Assembly (NCBI GenBank): GCA_021773295.1
Contig: JAJFKI010000097.1
Coordinates: 2,508-66,507 of the forward strand
DNA: 64,000 nt
Origin: Gammaproteobacteria bacterium
Lineage (GTDB): Bacteria; Pseudomonadota; Gammaproteobacteria; UBA1113
Direction of reading: 5' to 3'
The position numbers and the translations under genes were made by a program. A model generated the notes under the pieces. It was not told where the DNA came from. It made no database searches and saw only the letters and a list, made by a program, of their open reading frames with translations. This document shows positions 1 through 9,721 of this stretch, piece by piece (position 1 is the stretch's first letter; every line of letters starts with the position of its first letter).

Positions 1-926
1 TTTCCACTCATTAATGCATTGGCGACGCTGAAGGCTTTCACGGTTGAACCCGGCTCAAAGACATCCGTCACGGCTCGGTTACGATACTGACTACCAGAGC
101 GCTTTGGCCGAATGTTTGGATTAAAAGAAGGATAATTTGCCATGGCTAACACTTCGCCGCTGTGTACATCCATCACCACAACCGATCCTGATTGCGCTTT
201 GTTTTCTCTTACGGCTTTTTTCAAAGCACCATACGCCAAAAATTGTATATGATGATCTAAGCTCAATTGTAATTTATGTCCCGGTTCTGCTTTTTGAATG
301 GTATCCATCACGGCAACCACATGACCTAAGCGATCTTTTAACACACGCTCTTTGCCTGGCTTACCCGCCAACCAACGGTCAAACTCTAATTCAATGCCTT
401 CCTGGCCTTTGTCATCAATATTAGTAAACCCCATGGCTTGCGCGAACACTGCGCCATCGGGATAATAACGCCTGTATTCCGGCAAAAAGTGCACGCCGGG
501 GATTTTTAAGGCTTTGACTTTATCCGTTTGCCGAGGCGGTAATTGACGCTTTATATAAATGAATTCTTTATTTTTATTATGGGCTAGGCGTTTGCGAATG
601 ATACTGGGTTTCTCATGAATGATTTTCGCGACTCGCTGAATGTTGGTTTCATTGCTCACAAATTCTTGTGGGTTTATCCAAATGGATGTGACAGGCGTTG
701 TAATGGCTAAGGGATACCCTTGACGATCGGTTACCATACCGCGAAGCGCTGGCATTGATATCGTACGCAGCGTACGAGCATCGCCTTGTTGCATTAAGAA
801 AGGCCGTTGCACAATACTCAATTGCACCATTCTTCCAAATAGTGCTGTGATTAGTAAACCGATAGCAATAATTACAAAATAAAAACGCCACCAAGCACAT
901 TTGTACTGCGTACCATCTCCAATCAC
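1..926 (-). CDS. ftsI: Peptidoglycan D,D-transpeptidase FtsI/PBP3 (5' part; runs off the left edge)
   Basis: Not in the ORF track. Manual translation from GTG at 926 (overlapping the ftsL stop) gives VIGDGTQYKCAWWRFYFVIIAIGLLITALFGRMVQL...GDARTLRTISMPALRGMVTDRQGYPLA: TM anchor plus the RG.I.DR.G..LA PBP dimerisation motif. Lies directly after ftsL. Confidence 0.93.
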   Translation of the reverse strand, partial: MIGDGTQYKCAWWRFYFVIIAIGLLITALFGRMVQLSIVQRPFLMQQGDARTLRTISMPALRGMVTDRQGYPLAITTPVTSIWINPQEFVSNETNIQRVAKIIHEKPSIIRKRLAHNKNKEFIYIKRQLPPRQTDKVKALKIPGVHFLPEYRRYYPDGAVFAQAMGFTNIDDKGQEGIELEFDRWLAGKPGKERVLKDRLGHVVAVMDTIQKAEPGHKLQLSLDHHIQFLAYGALKKAVRENKAQSGSVVVMDVHSGEVLAMANYPSFNPNIRPKRSGSQYRNRAVTDVFEPGSTVKAFSVANALMSG

Positions 927-1261
927 GACCTCACCATAATGATGGCTTGTTGCTGCGGCGTTATCATGCCTTGATCGGTAGCCACCTGTTGGATATGCAC
1001 GGGGTTAGACCAAGTACTGCGTTCCAATAATAATTGGCCCCACTGGTCTTGTAGAGATTGGCGTTCTTCCACTAAGGATTGTTGCGTTGAGACTAATTGT
1101 CTCTCTAAACAACGCACATACACCACTGACACGGCGGACAATAATACGGCTGTTATCAAAGCCGTTAGCATTAATGTACGACTGGAAACTTTTAAATAAT
1201 CCAACCATTGACTGATGACAAACCATGGGGTTTGTGTAGCGATTCTTGTAGCGGTTACCAT
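923..1261 (-). CDS. ftsL: Cell division protein FtsL
   Basis: Single TM segment plus leucine heptads (QWGQLLLERSTWS); between rsmH and ftsI. Confidence 0.9.
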   Translation of the reverse strand: MVTATRIATQTPWFVISQWLDYLKVSSRTLMLTALITAVLLSAVSVVYVRCLERQLVSTQQSLVEERQSLQDQWGQLLLERSTWSNPVHIQQVATDQGMITPQQQAIIMVRS

Positions 1262-2193
1262 GATAGTTTCTCCGCTACTCGTAAGATAGCACTTCGGGCC
1301 CTAGGATTCATTGCCACTTCATTGTTGCTTGCACGTTGTGCTTTACCGATTAATTTCACCCGACGTTTGATATCTTCAGGTGCCACCGGTATCTCGCGCG
1401 GCAATGAATCCCCTTTGGCCTCCCCACGCAGAAATCGTTTAACTATTCTGTCTTCTAAAGAGTGAAAACTAATTACCGCTAAGCGCCCCTTTGGGCATAA
1501 TAAAGAGAGCGCTTGCGGTAATACTGCCTTTAAATCGTCTAACTCTTTATTAATATAAATTCGGATCGCTTGGAATGATTGGGTTGCTGGATGTTTGCCT
1601 TTTTCCCAGGCTGGATGAGCTTTCGCAATAATGTCTGCTAACTGTTTAGTGCGAGTGATGGGTGTTTCAGCGCGCGCGCTCACAATGGCACGGCTGATGC
1701 GTTTTGCAAAGCGCTCTTCACCGTAGATTTTTAAAACTGAAATCATGTCTTCTTCTGATGCTGATTGAATCCAGTCGGCGGCGCTGATACCTTGGGTGGT
1801 ATCCATGCGCATATCTAATGGTCCATCTCTTCGAAAACTAAACCCTCTATCGGCTGTTTCTAATTGAGGAGAGGACACACCCAAGTCTAGCAAGATGCCA
1901 TTGACGTTACCTGTGATGTGATTCTGTTCTGCTAACTGTTCCATCATAGCAAATGAACCTTGTTTTAATGTTAACCGATCATCCTTGATGCGGCGTTGCC
2001 CAAATTCAATCGCTTGCGCGTCTTTATCAAACGAAAACAAGCGCCCATTTGGCCCTAATCTTTCAAGAATCCCCTGGCTATGGCCACCTCGGCCAAAAGT
2101 CCCATCGACGTAAATGCCATCCGGCACAATCGCCAATGCCTCAAGGGCTTCTTCAAAGAGAACCGGTTTGTGTTGTTCATCATGTTTTGACAT
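1255..2193 (-). CDS. rsmH: 16S rRNA m4C1402 methyltransferase RsmH (MraW)
   Basis: HKPVL, DGTFGRGGHS, DLGVSSPQL, RGFSF, FHSLEDRIVK, NPRARSAILR motifs. Confidence 0.98.
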   Translation of the reverse strand: MSKHDEQHKPVLFEEALEALAIVPDGIYVDGTFGRGGHSQGILERLGPNGRLFSFDKDAQAIEFGQRRIKDDRLTLKQGSFAMMEQLAEQNHITGNVNGILLDLGVSSPQLETADRGFSFRRDGPLDMRMDTTQGISAADWIQSASEEDMISVLKIYGEERFAKRISRAIVSARAETPITRTKQLADIIAKAHPAWEKGKHPATQSFQAIRIYINKELDDLKAVLPQALSLLCPKGRLAVISFHSLEDRIVKRFLRGEAKGDSLPREIPVAPEDIKRRVKLIGKAQRASNNEVAMNPRARSAILRVAEKLSW

Positions 2194-2195
2194 CG

Positions 2196-2654
2196 TTAAA
2201 GGGATAATTGTTGTAATTCTACTGGTATTTCTTCCACATCTTTCTCTGTGTTAGAAAACCATGATTCCCTTTGATCTAACCAACCCAGTTCACTCCAAAT
2301 TTCAAATTTCTTACCTTGCCCAACAAGCATTACTTTCTTTTCTAAACCAGCGTAGTCGCGCAAGACTGGCGGGACTAAAATCCTGCCATTGGCGTCGATT
2401 TCTACGTCGGTGGCGTGCCCGATCAATAATCGTTGGATACGACGCGCCGCTGTATTAAAACTCGGTAATGCCGTTATTTTTTTCTCAATAATTTCCCATT
2501 CTGGTAGTGGATAGAGTAAAAGGCATGGCGCATCCGTATCAATCGTGACCACCAGGTTACCTAGCGCGCTATCTACAAGCGCATCACGGTAACGAGCTGG
2601 CATTGCCACTCGCCCTTTCGTATCCATATTTAGAGCATTTATACCTCGAAACAT
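2196..2654 (-). CDS. mraZ: Division/cell wall cluster transcriptional repressor MraZ (152 aa)
   Basis: MFRG...DTKGR and DANGRILVP AbrB-like repeats. Start moved to ATG 2654 because the longer ORF-track start runs through the operator. Confidence 0.96.
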   Translation of the reverse strand: MFRGINALNMDTKGRVAMPARYRDALVDSALGNLVVTIDTDAPCLLLYPLPEWEIIEKKITALPSFNTAARRIQRLLIGHATDVEIDANGRILVPPVLRDYAGLEKKVMLVGQGKKFEIWSELGWLDQRESWFSNTEKDVEEIPVELQQLSL

Positions 2655-2662
2655 GACCTTAT

Positions 2663-2690
2663 ACCACAATTTCCCACAATTTCCCACAAC
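2663..2690 (-). promoter_or_regulatory. MraZ operator: three GTGG(G) boxes with 10-bp period
   Basis: Minus strand reads gttGTGGGaaattGTGGGaaattGTGGt immediately upstream of the mraZ start; matches the known MraZ-binding repeat arrangement. Confidence 0.85.
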
Positions 2691-2977
2691 GGTACAAAAT
2701 AATATGGTACACAAGTTAGGTATTGTCAAGAAAGGGGGCAAAATTATTCTAAGTTTGATCGAGTGGGTTATTTTTTGTGCTGATGGATGGCCTGATCACC
2801 CACTTTTTATTTATTCAGATTAAATAGGAGCGTTGGCCATTTGCAAAAGCATTAGCTCCTCGCTTATGAAATGATGTAATCGATCCCGTGATCATAGGCT
2901 AACCGCAGTAACTTTAAGTTCGCGCCCTTAGGATGCACCTCTCCTCGCTCCCGTTTTTGATAAGTAGAACGCTAATA

Positions 2978-3583
2978 CTAAGCGCCTGGTGGGAGGCAGC
3001 GTGGCAGCGCAAAAGGGCTTTTAGGACGGTATGATGGGCGGTTTTTTAAGTCTTGTTCCAGTTCTTTATTATTGAGATTTTCTAAGGCTTCATCTAAGTC
3101 TTTGTCATTGACTTTGACGACACCTGGTCTTGGTGCTAGCAAATGTGTATTTTGATATAAGCTTTCGAGAAATTTATCATGGTGACTGCCGTTGGGGATG
3201 CTAAGAATTAACCGATTGCCAACCATTTTCACTTTGTAATTGACCACGGATAAACCTTGTGATTGTAGTTGGCGGATAAACGCTTGAAATAAGTCTTTAA
3301 CGGTAAGAAAAATGTTGACTCGTCGCTTTAATGAATATGGATTTTTAAGGCGGTTTGCTTCATTGATAAAGCTAAATGTTAACAGTATGGCAACGTTTGA
3401 ATAAGGCTTTGGGGTACCAGTGCCTTGACCGGTTTGCTGATCGGAGTCTTCGCCGCCACTATCAGTACCACATTGACAGCCAACAAAACCACCCGCATTG
3501 CATTTGCCGCATGAACTAAGGTTCTTTGCGTCAATGGCAATGTCGCTGGCTAATTGGGATTGTGTTGCGGTATCTGTATTCAT
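2978..3583 (-). CDS. Hypothetical protein with Cys cluster (CGKC-x7-CQC), effector-like
   Basis: 201-aa ORF filling the intergenic space; N-terminal Cys cluster, low-complexity linker, Pro/Arg-rich C-terminus (RPKSPF). No family recognised. Confidence 0.6.
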   Translation of the reverse strand: MNTDTATQSQLASDIAIDAKNLSSCGKCNAGGFVGCQCGTDSGGEDSDQQTGQGTGTPKPYSNVAILLTFSFINEANRLKNPYSLKRRVNIFLTVKDLFQAFIRQLQSQGLSVVNYKVKMVGNRLILSIPNGSHHDKFLESLYQNTHLLAPRPGVVKVNDKDLDEALENLNNKELEQDLKNRPSYRPKSPFALPRCLPPGA

Positions 3584-3647
3584 AATGTGTCATATTTTAT
3601 ACTAAATTGGGATGAGATACAAACTGAGGAGATTAAGGTGACTGATT

Positions 3648-3673
3648 ATCCTAGAAACGGTCGTTTCTAGGAT
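3648..3673. terminator. Perfect hairpin at the 3' end of the antitoxin gene (possible terminator or operator)
   Basis: ATCCTAGAAACG-gt-CGTTTCTAGGAT inverted repeat; no clear U-tract. Confidence 0.5.
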
Positions 3674-4008
3674 TATGTCAATGCCACCTTAAGCCAACCA
3701 TGACTATCTGCTTTTCCAGCATGACTTTTAACAATAATTTCGACATCTTGATTCAATAAATTTAAGAAATGAATGAGTTTTTCCATGGAGAACCCGCTTA
3801 GTCTACCATTCATCAATGCAGACACTTTTGGTTGGTTTATACCGAGAATTTTAGCTGCTTCGACTTGTTTTAATTGGTTTTGAGTGATGACTTCTTCAAT
3901 GCGCATGGCAAGTTTCGCTTTTGCTAAGCGTTCTTCAGAATCTTCAAATCCTAAGTCTTGGTATACATTACCACTACCTTGTGTAAATTGATTATTCATT
4001 GTCTTCAC
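3673..4008 (-). CDS. XRE-family HTH antitoxin (HigA-like)
   Basis: GSGNVYQDLGF N-terminus, HTH LKQVEAAKILGINQPKVSALMNG, FSMEKLIHFL; overlaps the toxin stop by 4 nt. Confidence 0.88.
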   Translation of the reverse strand: MKTMNNQFTQGSGNVYQDLGFEDSEERLAKAKLAMRIEEVITQNQLKQVEAAKILGINQPKVSALMNGRLSGFSMEKLIHFLNLLNQDVEIIVKSHAGKADSHGWLKVALT

Positions 4009-4355
4009 CTGCTATGTTGTATTGCTTCACATAAACGTTGTTTTATTAACGCTATTTCTTTTTTCGGCGTTTTTCTACCGAACTTTGATTTTTTCTGAAA
4101 GCAATGCAAAACATACACTGCTTCACCAAGTTTTACCGTATAAATAGCACGGTATGTGTTCGTATCAAAATCAGAGACTATCTCCATCACCATTGATTTA
4201 AACGCCTTCCCCTTTAAAGGTTTAGCATTTCTAGGCACAAATCCTTTTTGAGCTTGGTAAAGTGAGTATCCGATCCCATCTTTTACTTCCTCAGGGAATT
4301 CCTTCAAGTTTTTGAGAGCATCTCTCATCCATATAATCTTTTTTGATGTTTCCAT
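4005..4355 (-). CDS. RelE/ParE-family toxin (HigB/Gp49-like)
   Basis: LKEFPEEVK, AKPLKG, YRAIYTVKLGEAVYVLHCFQKKS typical of this family; toxin-first order. Confidence 0.88.
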   Translation of the reverse strand: METSKKIIWMRDALKNLKEFPEEVKDGIGYSLYQAQKGFVPRNAKPLKGKAFKSMVMEIVSDFDTNTYRAIYTVKLGEAVYVLHCFQKKSKFGRKTPKKEIALIKQRLCEAIQHSR

Positions 4356-4494
4356 TTATTTTATCCTAGATTTGGGATATTGCAAGTGTTTATTTATAAA
4401 GCCGCGTAAAATCAATAATTTGTTTGTGTATTTTTATATTATAATCAAAAGAATTGACTTGCAAGTTTGAAACGGGCCGATGGAAAGGTATAAA

Positions 4495-4836
4495 GTTGAG
4501 TTGGCCGATAAGCCGGGTTCTGTCGTGGGTAATCATTCATCTGGGATGATTGTCGCCAATCACCTCGTGCGACCAACCCGGGCTCAGCGCGAGCAACGCC
4601 AATGAGCCCCTATTTGGTCTTGCTCCAGGTGGGGTTTACCTTGCCACTGATGTTACCACCAGCGCGGTGCGCTCTTACCGCACCATTTCACCCTTACCTT
4701 AATCCGAAGATTATGGCGGTATTCTTTCTGTTGCACTTGCCGTAGGCTTGCGCCTCCCAGGCGTTACCTGGCACCCTGCTCTTTGGAGCCCGGACTTTCC
4801 TCTGTGCAAAGCACAGCGACTACCTGGCCAACTCAG
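4495..4836 (-). ncRNA. rnpB: RNase P RNA, bacterial class A
   Basis: Minus strand contains GAGGAAAGTCCGGGCTCC and ACAGAACCCGGCTTA consensus; P1 stem TGAGTTGGCC/GGCCAACTCA; -10-like TATACT at 4843-4848. Confidence 0.97.
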
Positions 4837-4853
4837 CGTGGGAGTATAACATA

Positions 4854-7800
4854 CTAGATACGCGCGGCCATGGGTTGAGAGGTCGACTCTTGTATTAAGT
4901 AAGCTTCTAAGCTTTTTATGACGTCTTCTAATTCTGGGATTAATTGGTAAAGTCTGGCTGAAATCGCGACAGTCCATTCGTGGGCGGCTCTGTTGCGATG
5001 TTCTATGAGTGTGTTTAGATAGTCTATTGTTTTTTGCTGATCGCCTGGTGATAAATCCTGTAGGCTTTCTGCGAATGCAGATTTATCATGCCGTGTTTGA
5101 AGTTTCCATGCATCGCCAATTTGGATGAAGAGTGATCGTAACAGCAATGCTTGTCGACGATTTGTGATCCCTTGTTTTGCAATTTCTTGTAGCTTTAATA
5201 AATAGTAATGCAGATACCACAGTGAGTTTTTTCGATCATAGTAATTTGGTCGTTCACCTTGTGCCGTTAGCCATTCCATGTGAGTTTTATAGACAGCTGT
5301 GTTTTGAAGTGCTATCTCTAAAGAGTTTACTTTGCATGGCTCGCAGACTTTTAGCTTATGATATAAATCTTGCAAATCAGTATAGCTTAGTTCCTTTAAG
5401 TGATGCCTGATGATGTGGCGCATACTTATCATTAACCGCCTATCGTTAATTTCACCCGTGATCATTCTATTTTTATCTAATAATGCCAAGAAGATACTAA
5501 GAGCCCAGCCACGCATACACAACAACTTATCTTCTTCTGGCATGCCTGTGTGCTTAATGATTTCAAATTCTGCAACCATTAATTTAAAAACATGAGGAGT
5601 ATCACGTTGACTCGATGAGCCATTGCTTTCTTTTGTTTTTCTTTTTCCTTTACCTTTACCCTTAGTTTTTTGCACTTTATAAGGATCTTTACTATCCTCG
5701 GAACGTGGTATTGGAACCCAAGCTGCTGAAAATATATCTGTTCTAGATATTGAGGAAGGTGCCGAGGATGAAGAGGAAGACGATGAAGATGCAATTAGAG
5801 TAGAGTATGTCTGTGATCTTACTGTTATAGGATTGCTATCCGTTACGGTTGCAGTTGAAGTAAAAGCGTTTGGCCGAACCGTGCTAGCTGCAGGAGGGAT
5901 TGCGACACCTCTTGTCTTTTGCTTGGCTGTTACAGGCGCTTTGCCACGTCTTGATAAATTATCATAGGCTTTTTCCACGTCTTTCTTTACCCTATCTATA
6001 GTCAATTGAGTACTCGAGACTTTCCTTGCAACGCCTGTTAATGTTTTATCTGCACTCTCTAGCCGCGCCTCAAAAGTTTTAAGTGCTGCATCACTCTCAG
6101 GCAGTGCTTGCGATACTTGAGCAATAAGCTTGGATAATGAACTCATACTTATTTTTTTAAAATCCAACACACGGCTGTTCAGCGACTCAATCCCTTTGTC
6201 AAAGACTCTTAAACTCGTATTAGCATCTGTGACTGCTGCTTTTTTAGATCCCACCCACGCAACAGCCGCAGTTAAACTAGCCGCCAGTGGCTCATAAGTA
6301 GTTTGCAGTGATGCAAACTTTTGTTGAGTCTCATCCTGTTGTGCAGAAAGCTGTTGCAAATGTATTTCTCTTTCTTTTGCCACCTGCTGTTCTTTTATTG
6401 CCTGTAACGTTGATTGGTAGTCAGCGCTGTGTTGCAACAGTAAACCTTCCATTTCTTGGTGATAGTGATAGCAAGCATTATCATCACTCAAAATGGGTAT
6501 ATTAATGCTGATCTTCACAATGTTATCAATCATTTTAACACTGCCATTAATGTCTGCAGACTCGACAAGTTCTTTTAATGCAGCCACTCTTTCTTCTCTC
6601 GACATGGTATATTCTATACCTTGGTGCCGATACTGTTGATGGTGCTCTAACACTATTCTGACTTTCATATGGGCTTCATCAAAAATAAGATTATTATTTT
6701 CGTTCCTCAGCTCTTGTAAACCTTCTACCTCACAAGATTGAATCTGCCCATTGATGCAAGCAATAATTTTAATGAAATTTTTTGCATGTCTTTCACCTTG
6801 TCGCACGTCTTCCTTAATTTGTTGTCTTCTTTGCTGCAGCTGTAATCTCTCACGCTGAATACGTTCCCGATAAAGTAATTGATGTATAACTCTAAAAGAT
6901 TTTTTAATAAACAACACCGAAAAATAGGAAAGTGATCCTATCGCACCGAGCATCAGTGAGAATAAAGAAACAATAATCAATTTATATTGATATGAGGCGC
7001 TCCAAAGAAGCTTCAATCCCACGTAAAATGGTTGCGAATAGGATAGAAGATCTCTCACCTCGTCATCAGTAGTTAATAAAAATGGATATCTTCCGTCAAC
7101 AGACATGGTGTGTTTTGCATTATTATCAATCAGCAACTTTACAAGATTTTTATTATTTAGTTGCGCAGCCAGATGCAGTGGGGTCACACCCAAAGGGCTC
7201 ACAATATTTGGATCAGCGCCTAGTTTCAATAAATGTCCAGCCATTTCTATATGGTTTCCCGCGACTGCATAATGCAATAACGATAAACTAGATGGATAGG
7301 AGCCATCTTGCCTAACGGCGTTCAGCTCAATTCCTGGAAGGGATAAAAAGTAGGAGACGAACTCTGGTTTATCTTTAGCAACCGCGAGTAGTAATATGGA
7401 GTTACCTTCACTATTAGTCTTGCCAACACGTAAGCCTCTGTCAACTAATAGCTTCATAACATCTAATCTATCAAAATCTATTGCAGTAATCGCTATACTT
7501 TCTAAGTGACTTTGCTTCTCAGTAGCATCAATATCTTTTAAATAGGCATCTAGCAAAAAGTTTTCTAACATTGACGTTTTGTTTTTTTCCGTAGCGTGCT
7601 TTAGTAAGGTATACGTACCCACCAAAGATTTTTCGGAACAAAAGCCCTCTTTACAAAATGCCGCTAACTGCTTGTCATCGTCCTCATCAATCAAACGAAG
7701 TAAATACTGCGTTGCTGGTGTAGGTTGAATCGTGAAGTGGTCAATGATGCGCGCTGTAATATGCTCGTATTGCAGTAAGTAGCCCGCCGCTTGTAAGGCA

Positions 7801-8612
7801 TCTTCACTAGAATCATCAAGACAGTAAGTTAGCGCATGGTGGTTTTTATTATCAAATTGATTGTAAGCATTGGACGCTTTGCCTAATACCCTGATCGCAG
7901 CCATGAACCCACCCGCCTGTTTTACCATGCTTGCAAATGGATGGCTAACACGGTCTTCCATAAACGTTGCCGTTGTCGATGAACCTGAGATCTGTTCAAT
8001 CACGCTTTCATGAGGCTGCTTAATCACTGTCGAAGCCAGTTGATGAATCGCCTGTCTATGTTGAAGATCCTGATGAAGCATGAGTGAGGGATCAGTTTCC
8101 ATTGGAAACAAAGCGCTATGACCATCGTCTCGTCGTCTTGTCGGCGCTGCTTGGGCCGTAGGGATCATGCTAAAGGCAAGATACAATAAACAAAGTCCCA
8201 GCAAAAATTTAATCGGATCACGCTGAATAGCTTCCCAAAGTTCTTGCAATTTCATCCATAAAAAAAGCTGAAATAACTCGGATTGCGATAGCGGGTTTAA
8301 AGCCGCTAACTGATCCTTCAATTCTAAAAACTCTGCTGTTTCTTGGAATCGATAAGGGTAAGCGGCATCGGCATTATCACTATGCACGAGTATACGATGG
8401 CGTTCTTTAAATGCCTCAGAATCAACATAATAACTCAGATCTTGTACCAATAGGGGATAAAATGGGTATGGTTGATGCTCATATGCTTTAATAATAGCAA
8501 GTACGCTTTTCGTATCACCAGCATCACGCCAATGCTTGAGAGCCTCTTTCGTTTCGTGCAAGGCCCCAGCAGCAGTAATAAGGGTAGGTTCTGTACTCAT
8601 CTTTAATTCCAC
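4854..8612 (-). CDS. Large ankyrin-repeat membrane protein with coiled coil and C-terminal tandem HEPN-like (2x RxxxxH) module; putative secreted effector
   Basis: Ankyrin repeats (LSLLHYAVAGNHIEMAGHLLKLGADPN, GVTPLHLAAQLNNKNLVKLLIDNNA); two hydrophobic segments; coiled coil; poly-Ser; RHIIRH and RNRAAH motifs. Start is GTG 8612 or ATG 8600. Confidence 0.8.
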   Translation of the reverse strand: MELKMSTEPTLITAAGALHETKEALKHWRDAGDTKSVLAIIKAYEHQPYPFYPLLVQDLSYYVDSEAFKERHRILVHSDNADAAYPYRFQETAEFLELKDQLAALNPLSQSELFQLFLWMKLQELWEAIQRDPIKFLLGLCLLYLAFSMIPTAQAAPTRRRDDGHSALFPMETDPSLMLHQDLQHRQAIHQLASTVIKQPHESVIEQISGSSTTATFMEDRVSHPFASMVKQAGGFMAAIRVLGKASNAYNQFDNKNHHALTYCLDDSSEDALQAAGYLLQYEHITARIIDHFTIQPTPATQYLLRLIDEDDDKQLAAFCKEGFCSEKSLVGTYTLLKHATEKNKTSMLENFLLDAYLKDIDATEKQSHLESIAITAIDFDRLDVMKLLVDRGLRVGKTNSEGNSILLLAVAKDKPEFVSYFLSLPGIELNAVRQDGSYPSSLSLLHYAVAGNHIEMAGHLLKLGADPNIVSPLGVTPLHLAAQLNNKNLVKLLIDNNAKHTMSVDGRYPFLLTTDDEVRDLLSYSQPFYVGLKLLWSASYQYKLIIVSLFSLMLGAIGSLSYFSVLFIKKSFRVIHQLLYRERIQRERLQLQQRRQQIKEDVRQGERHAKNFIKIIACINGQIQSCEVEGLQELRNENNNLIFDEAHMKVRIVLEHHQQYRHQGIEYTMSREERVAALKELVESADINGSVKMIDNIVKISINIPILSDDNACYHYHQEMEGLLLQHSADYQSTLQAIKEQQVAKEREIHLQQLSAQQDETQQKFASLQTTYEPLAASLTAAVAWVGSKKAAVTDANTSLRVFDKGIESLNSRVLDFKKISMSSLSKLIAQVSQALPESDAALKTFEARLESADKTLTGVARKVSSTQLTIDRVKKDVEKAYDNLSRRGKAPVTAKQKTRGVAIPPAASTVRPNAFTSTATVTDSNPITVRSQTYSTLIASSSSSSSSSAPSSISRTDIFSAAWVPIPRSEDSKDPYKVQKTKGKGKGKRKTKESNGSSSQRDTPHVFKLMVAEFEIIKHTGMPEEDKLLCMRGWALSIFLALLDKNRMITGEINDRRLMISMRHIIRHHLKELSYTDLQDLYHKLKVCEPCKVNSLEIALQNTAVYKTHMEWLTAQGERPNYYDRKNSLWYLHYYLLKLQEIAKQGITNRRQALLLRSLFIQIGDAWKLQTRHDKSAFAESLQDLSPGDQQKTIDYLNTLIEHRNRAAHEWTVAISARLYQLIPELEDVIKSLEAYLIQESTSQPMAARI

Positions 8613-8679
8613 TCAATGTTCTGTAATTATTCGCGCTGTGCAGAATCTTATCAATTTTGACTGGGAAAAGCAATGGTTT

Positions 8680-9516
8680 TTAGCTTGAAATCGACAAGCC
8701 ATACTCATATAAACGGTTTTTCTTGATGCCCGTAAGGTCGGCCGTCATTTTTGCAGCCTTTTTTAAGGGTAACTCATTCATCAGTAAGGCTAACATGCGC
8801 TTTGCTTCAGGGCTTATTTCTTCAGGACAAGCATGATAACCAGCCAGCATCAGGACGAACTCTCCTCTTTGTTGATTCATATCTTGCTGTAACCATGTCA
8901 GCATTTGGGCTGCTGGTGCGTTATGGATAGTTTCGAAAGTTTTTGTTAACTCTCTTGCAATGACGATTTGCCTTTCACTTCCTAGGACTTCGATGCAGTC
9001 TTTGATTGTTTCTACAATGCGGTGGCAGGATTCGTAAAAAATAATCGTGCGTGATTCGTATTGCAATGCTGATAAATACTTTTTTCTTGCCGCTGTCTTT
9101 GCTGGGAGAAAGCCTTCGAAAATAAAACGATCGGTGGCTAGGCCGCTGGCACAAAGAGCCGTGATGAGTGCACAAGCACCTGGGATCGGGATGACGTTAA
9201 ATCCTTCTTGTTGTGCCTGGTGTACGATGTGATAGCCTGGATCGCTGATTAAGGGTGTGCCGGCATCGCTGATTAATGCGAGTTGTTTTCCTTCTTTTAA
9301 TTTTTGTAACAACTCTTTGGTGCGGTGGGATTCGTTATGATCATGAAAAGAGGATAGTGGCGTTTTGACGTTGATGTGTAGTAAGAGTTTTTTGCTGTGG
9401 CGTGTGTCTTCGGCGTAGATGAGATCGACGCTTTGTAAAACTTCGATAGCGCGCTGCGTCATATCTTGTAAATTACCGATAGGTGTCGCAACGATGTACA
9501 GATTACCTGATTGCAT
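8680..9516 (-). CDS. rsmI: 16S rRNA Cm1402 2'-O-methyltransferase RsmI
   Basis: LYIVATPIGNL, AEDTR, SDAGTPLISDPG, ARELTKTFE motifs. Confidence 0.98.
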   Translation of the reverse strand: MQSGNLYIVATPIGNLQDMTQRAIEVLQSVDLIYAEDTRHSKKLLLHINVKTPLSSFHDHNESHRTKELLQKLKEGKQLALISDAGTPLISDPGYHIVHQAQQEGFNVIPIPGACALITALCASGLATDRFIFEGFLPAKTAARKKYLSALQYESRTIIFYESCHRIVETIKDCIEVLGSERQIVIARELTKTFETIHNAPAAQMLTWLQQDMNQQRGEFVLMLAGYHACPEEISPEAKRMLALLMNELPLKKAAKMTADLTGIKKNRLYEYGLSISS

Positions 9517-9721
9517 GTTATCTCCATTGAAGAAGGCAAGCTAGGTTACCATATTTGACCTTTTATTTTAATAATGAAAAAGTATCTATAAATCAATGGA
9601 GTATGGGTAACAATTTTTTGTTTTATTTTTAATCAAACATGTATATAATATATATCTCATTCATGAGTATTTATCCTGCTCTGATGGAAAAAGAGATGAA
9701 AATAGATGTGAGGTTACAAAG

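Noticed and set aside
649-900. 83-aa minus-strand ORF suggesting an ftsI frameshift
   Set aside because: The true ftsI frame from GTG 926 is absent from the track only because it runs off the window edge; this ORF is an out-of-frame shadow.
2820-2960. Possible ERIC-like remnant or riboswitch upstream of the mraZ promoter
   Set aside because: Only a short resemblance (gatcccgtgatcatag); no second copy or convincing structure in the window.
4711-4977. 88-aa ORF overlapping rnpB
   Set aside because: It translates RNase P RNA sequence and the end of the ankyrin gene; spurious.
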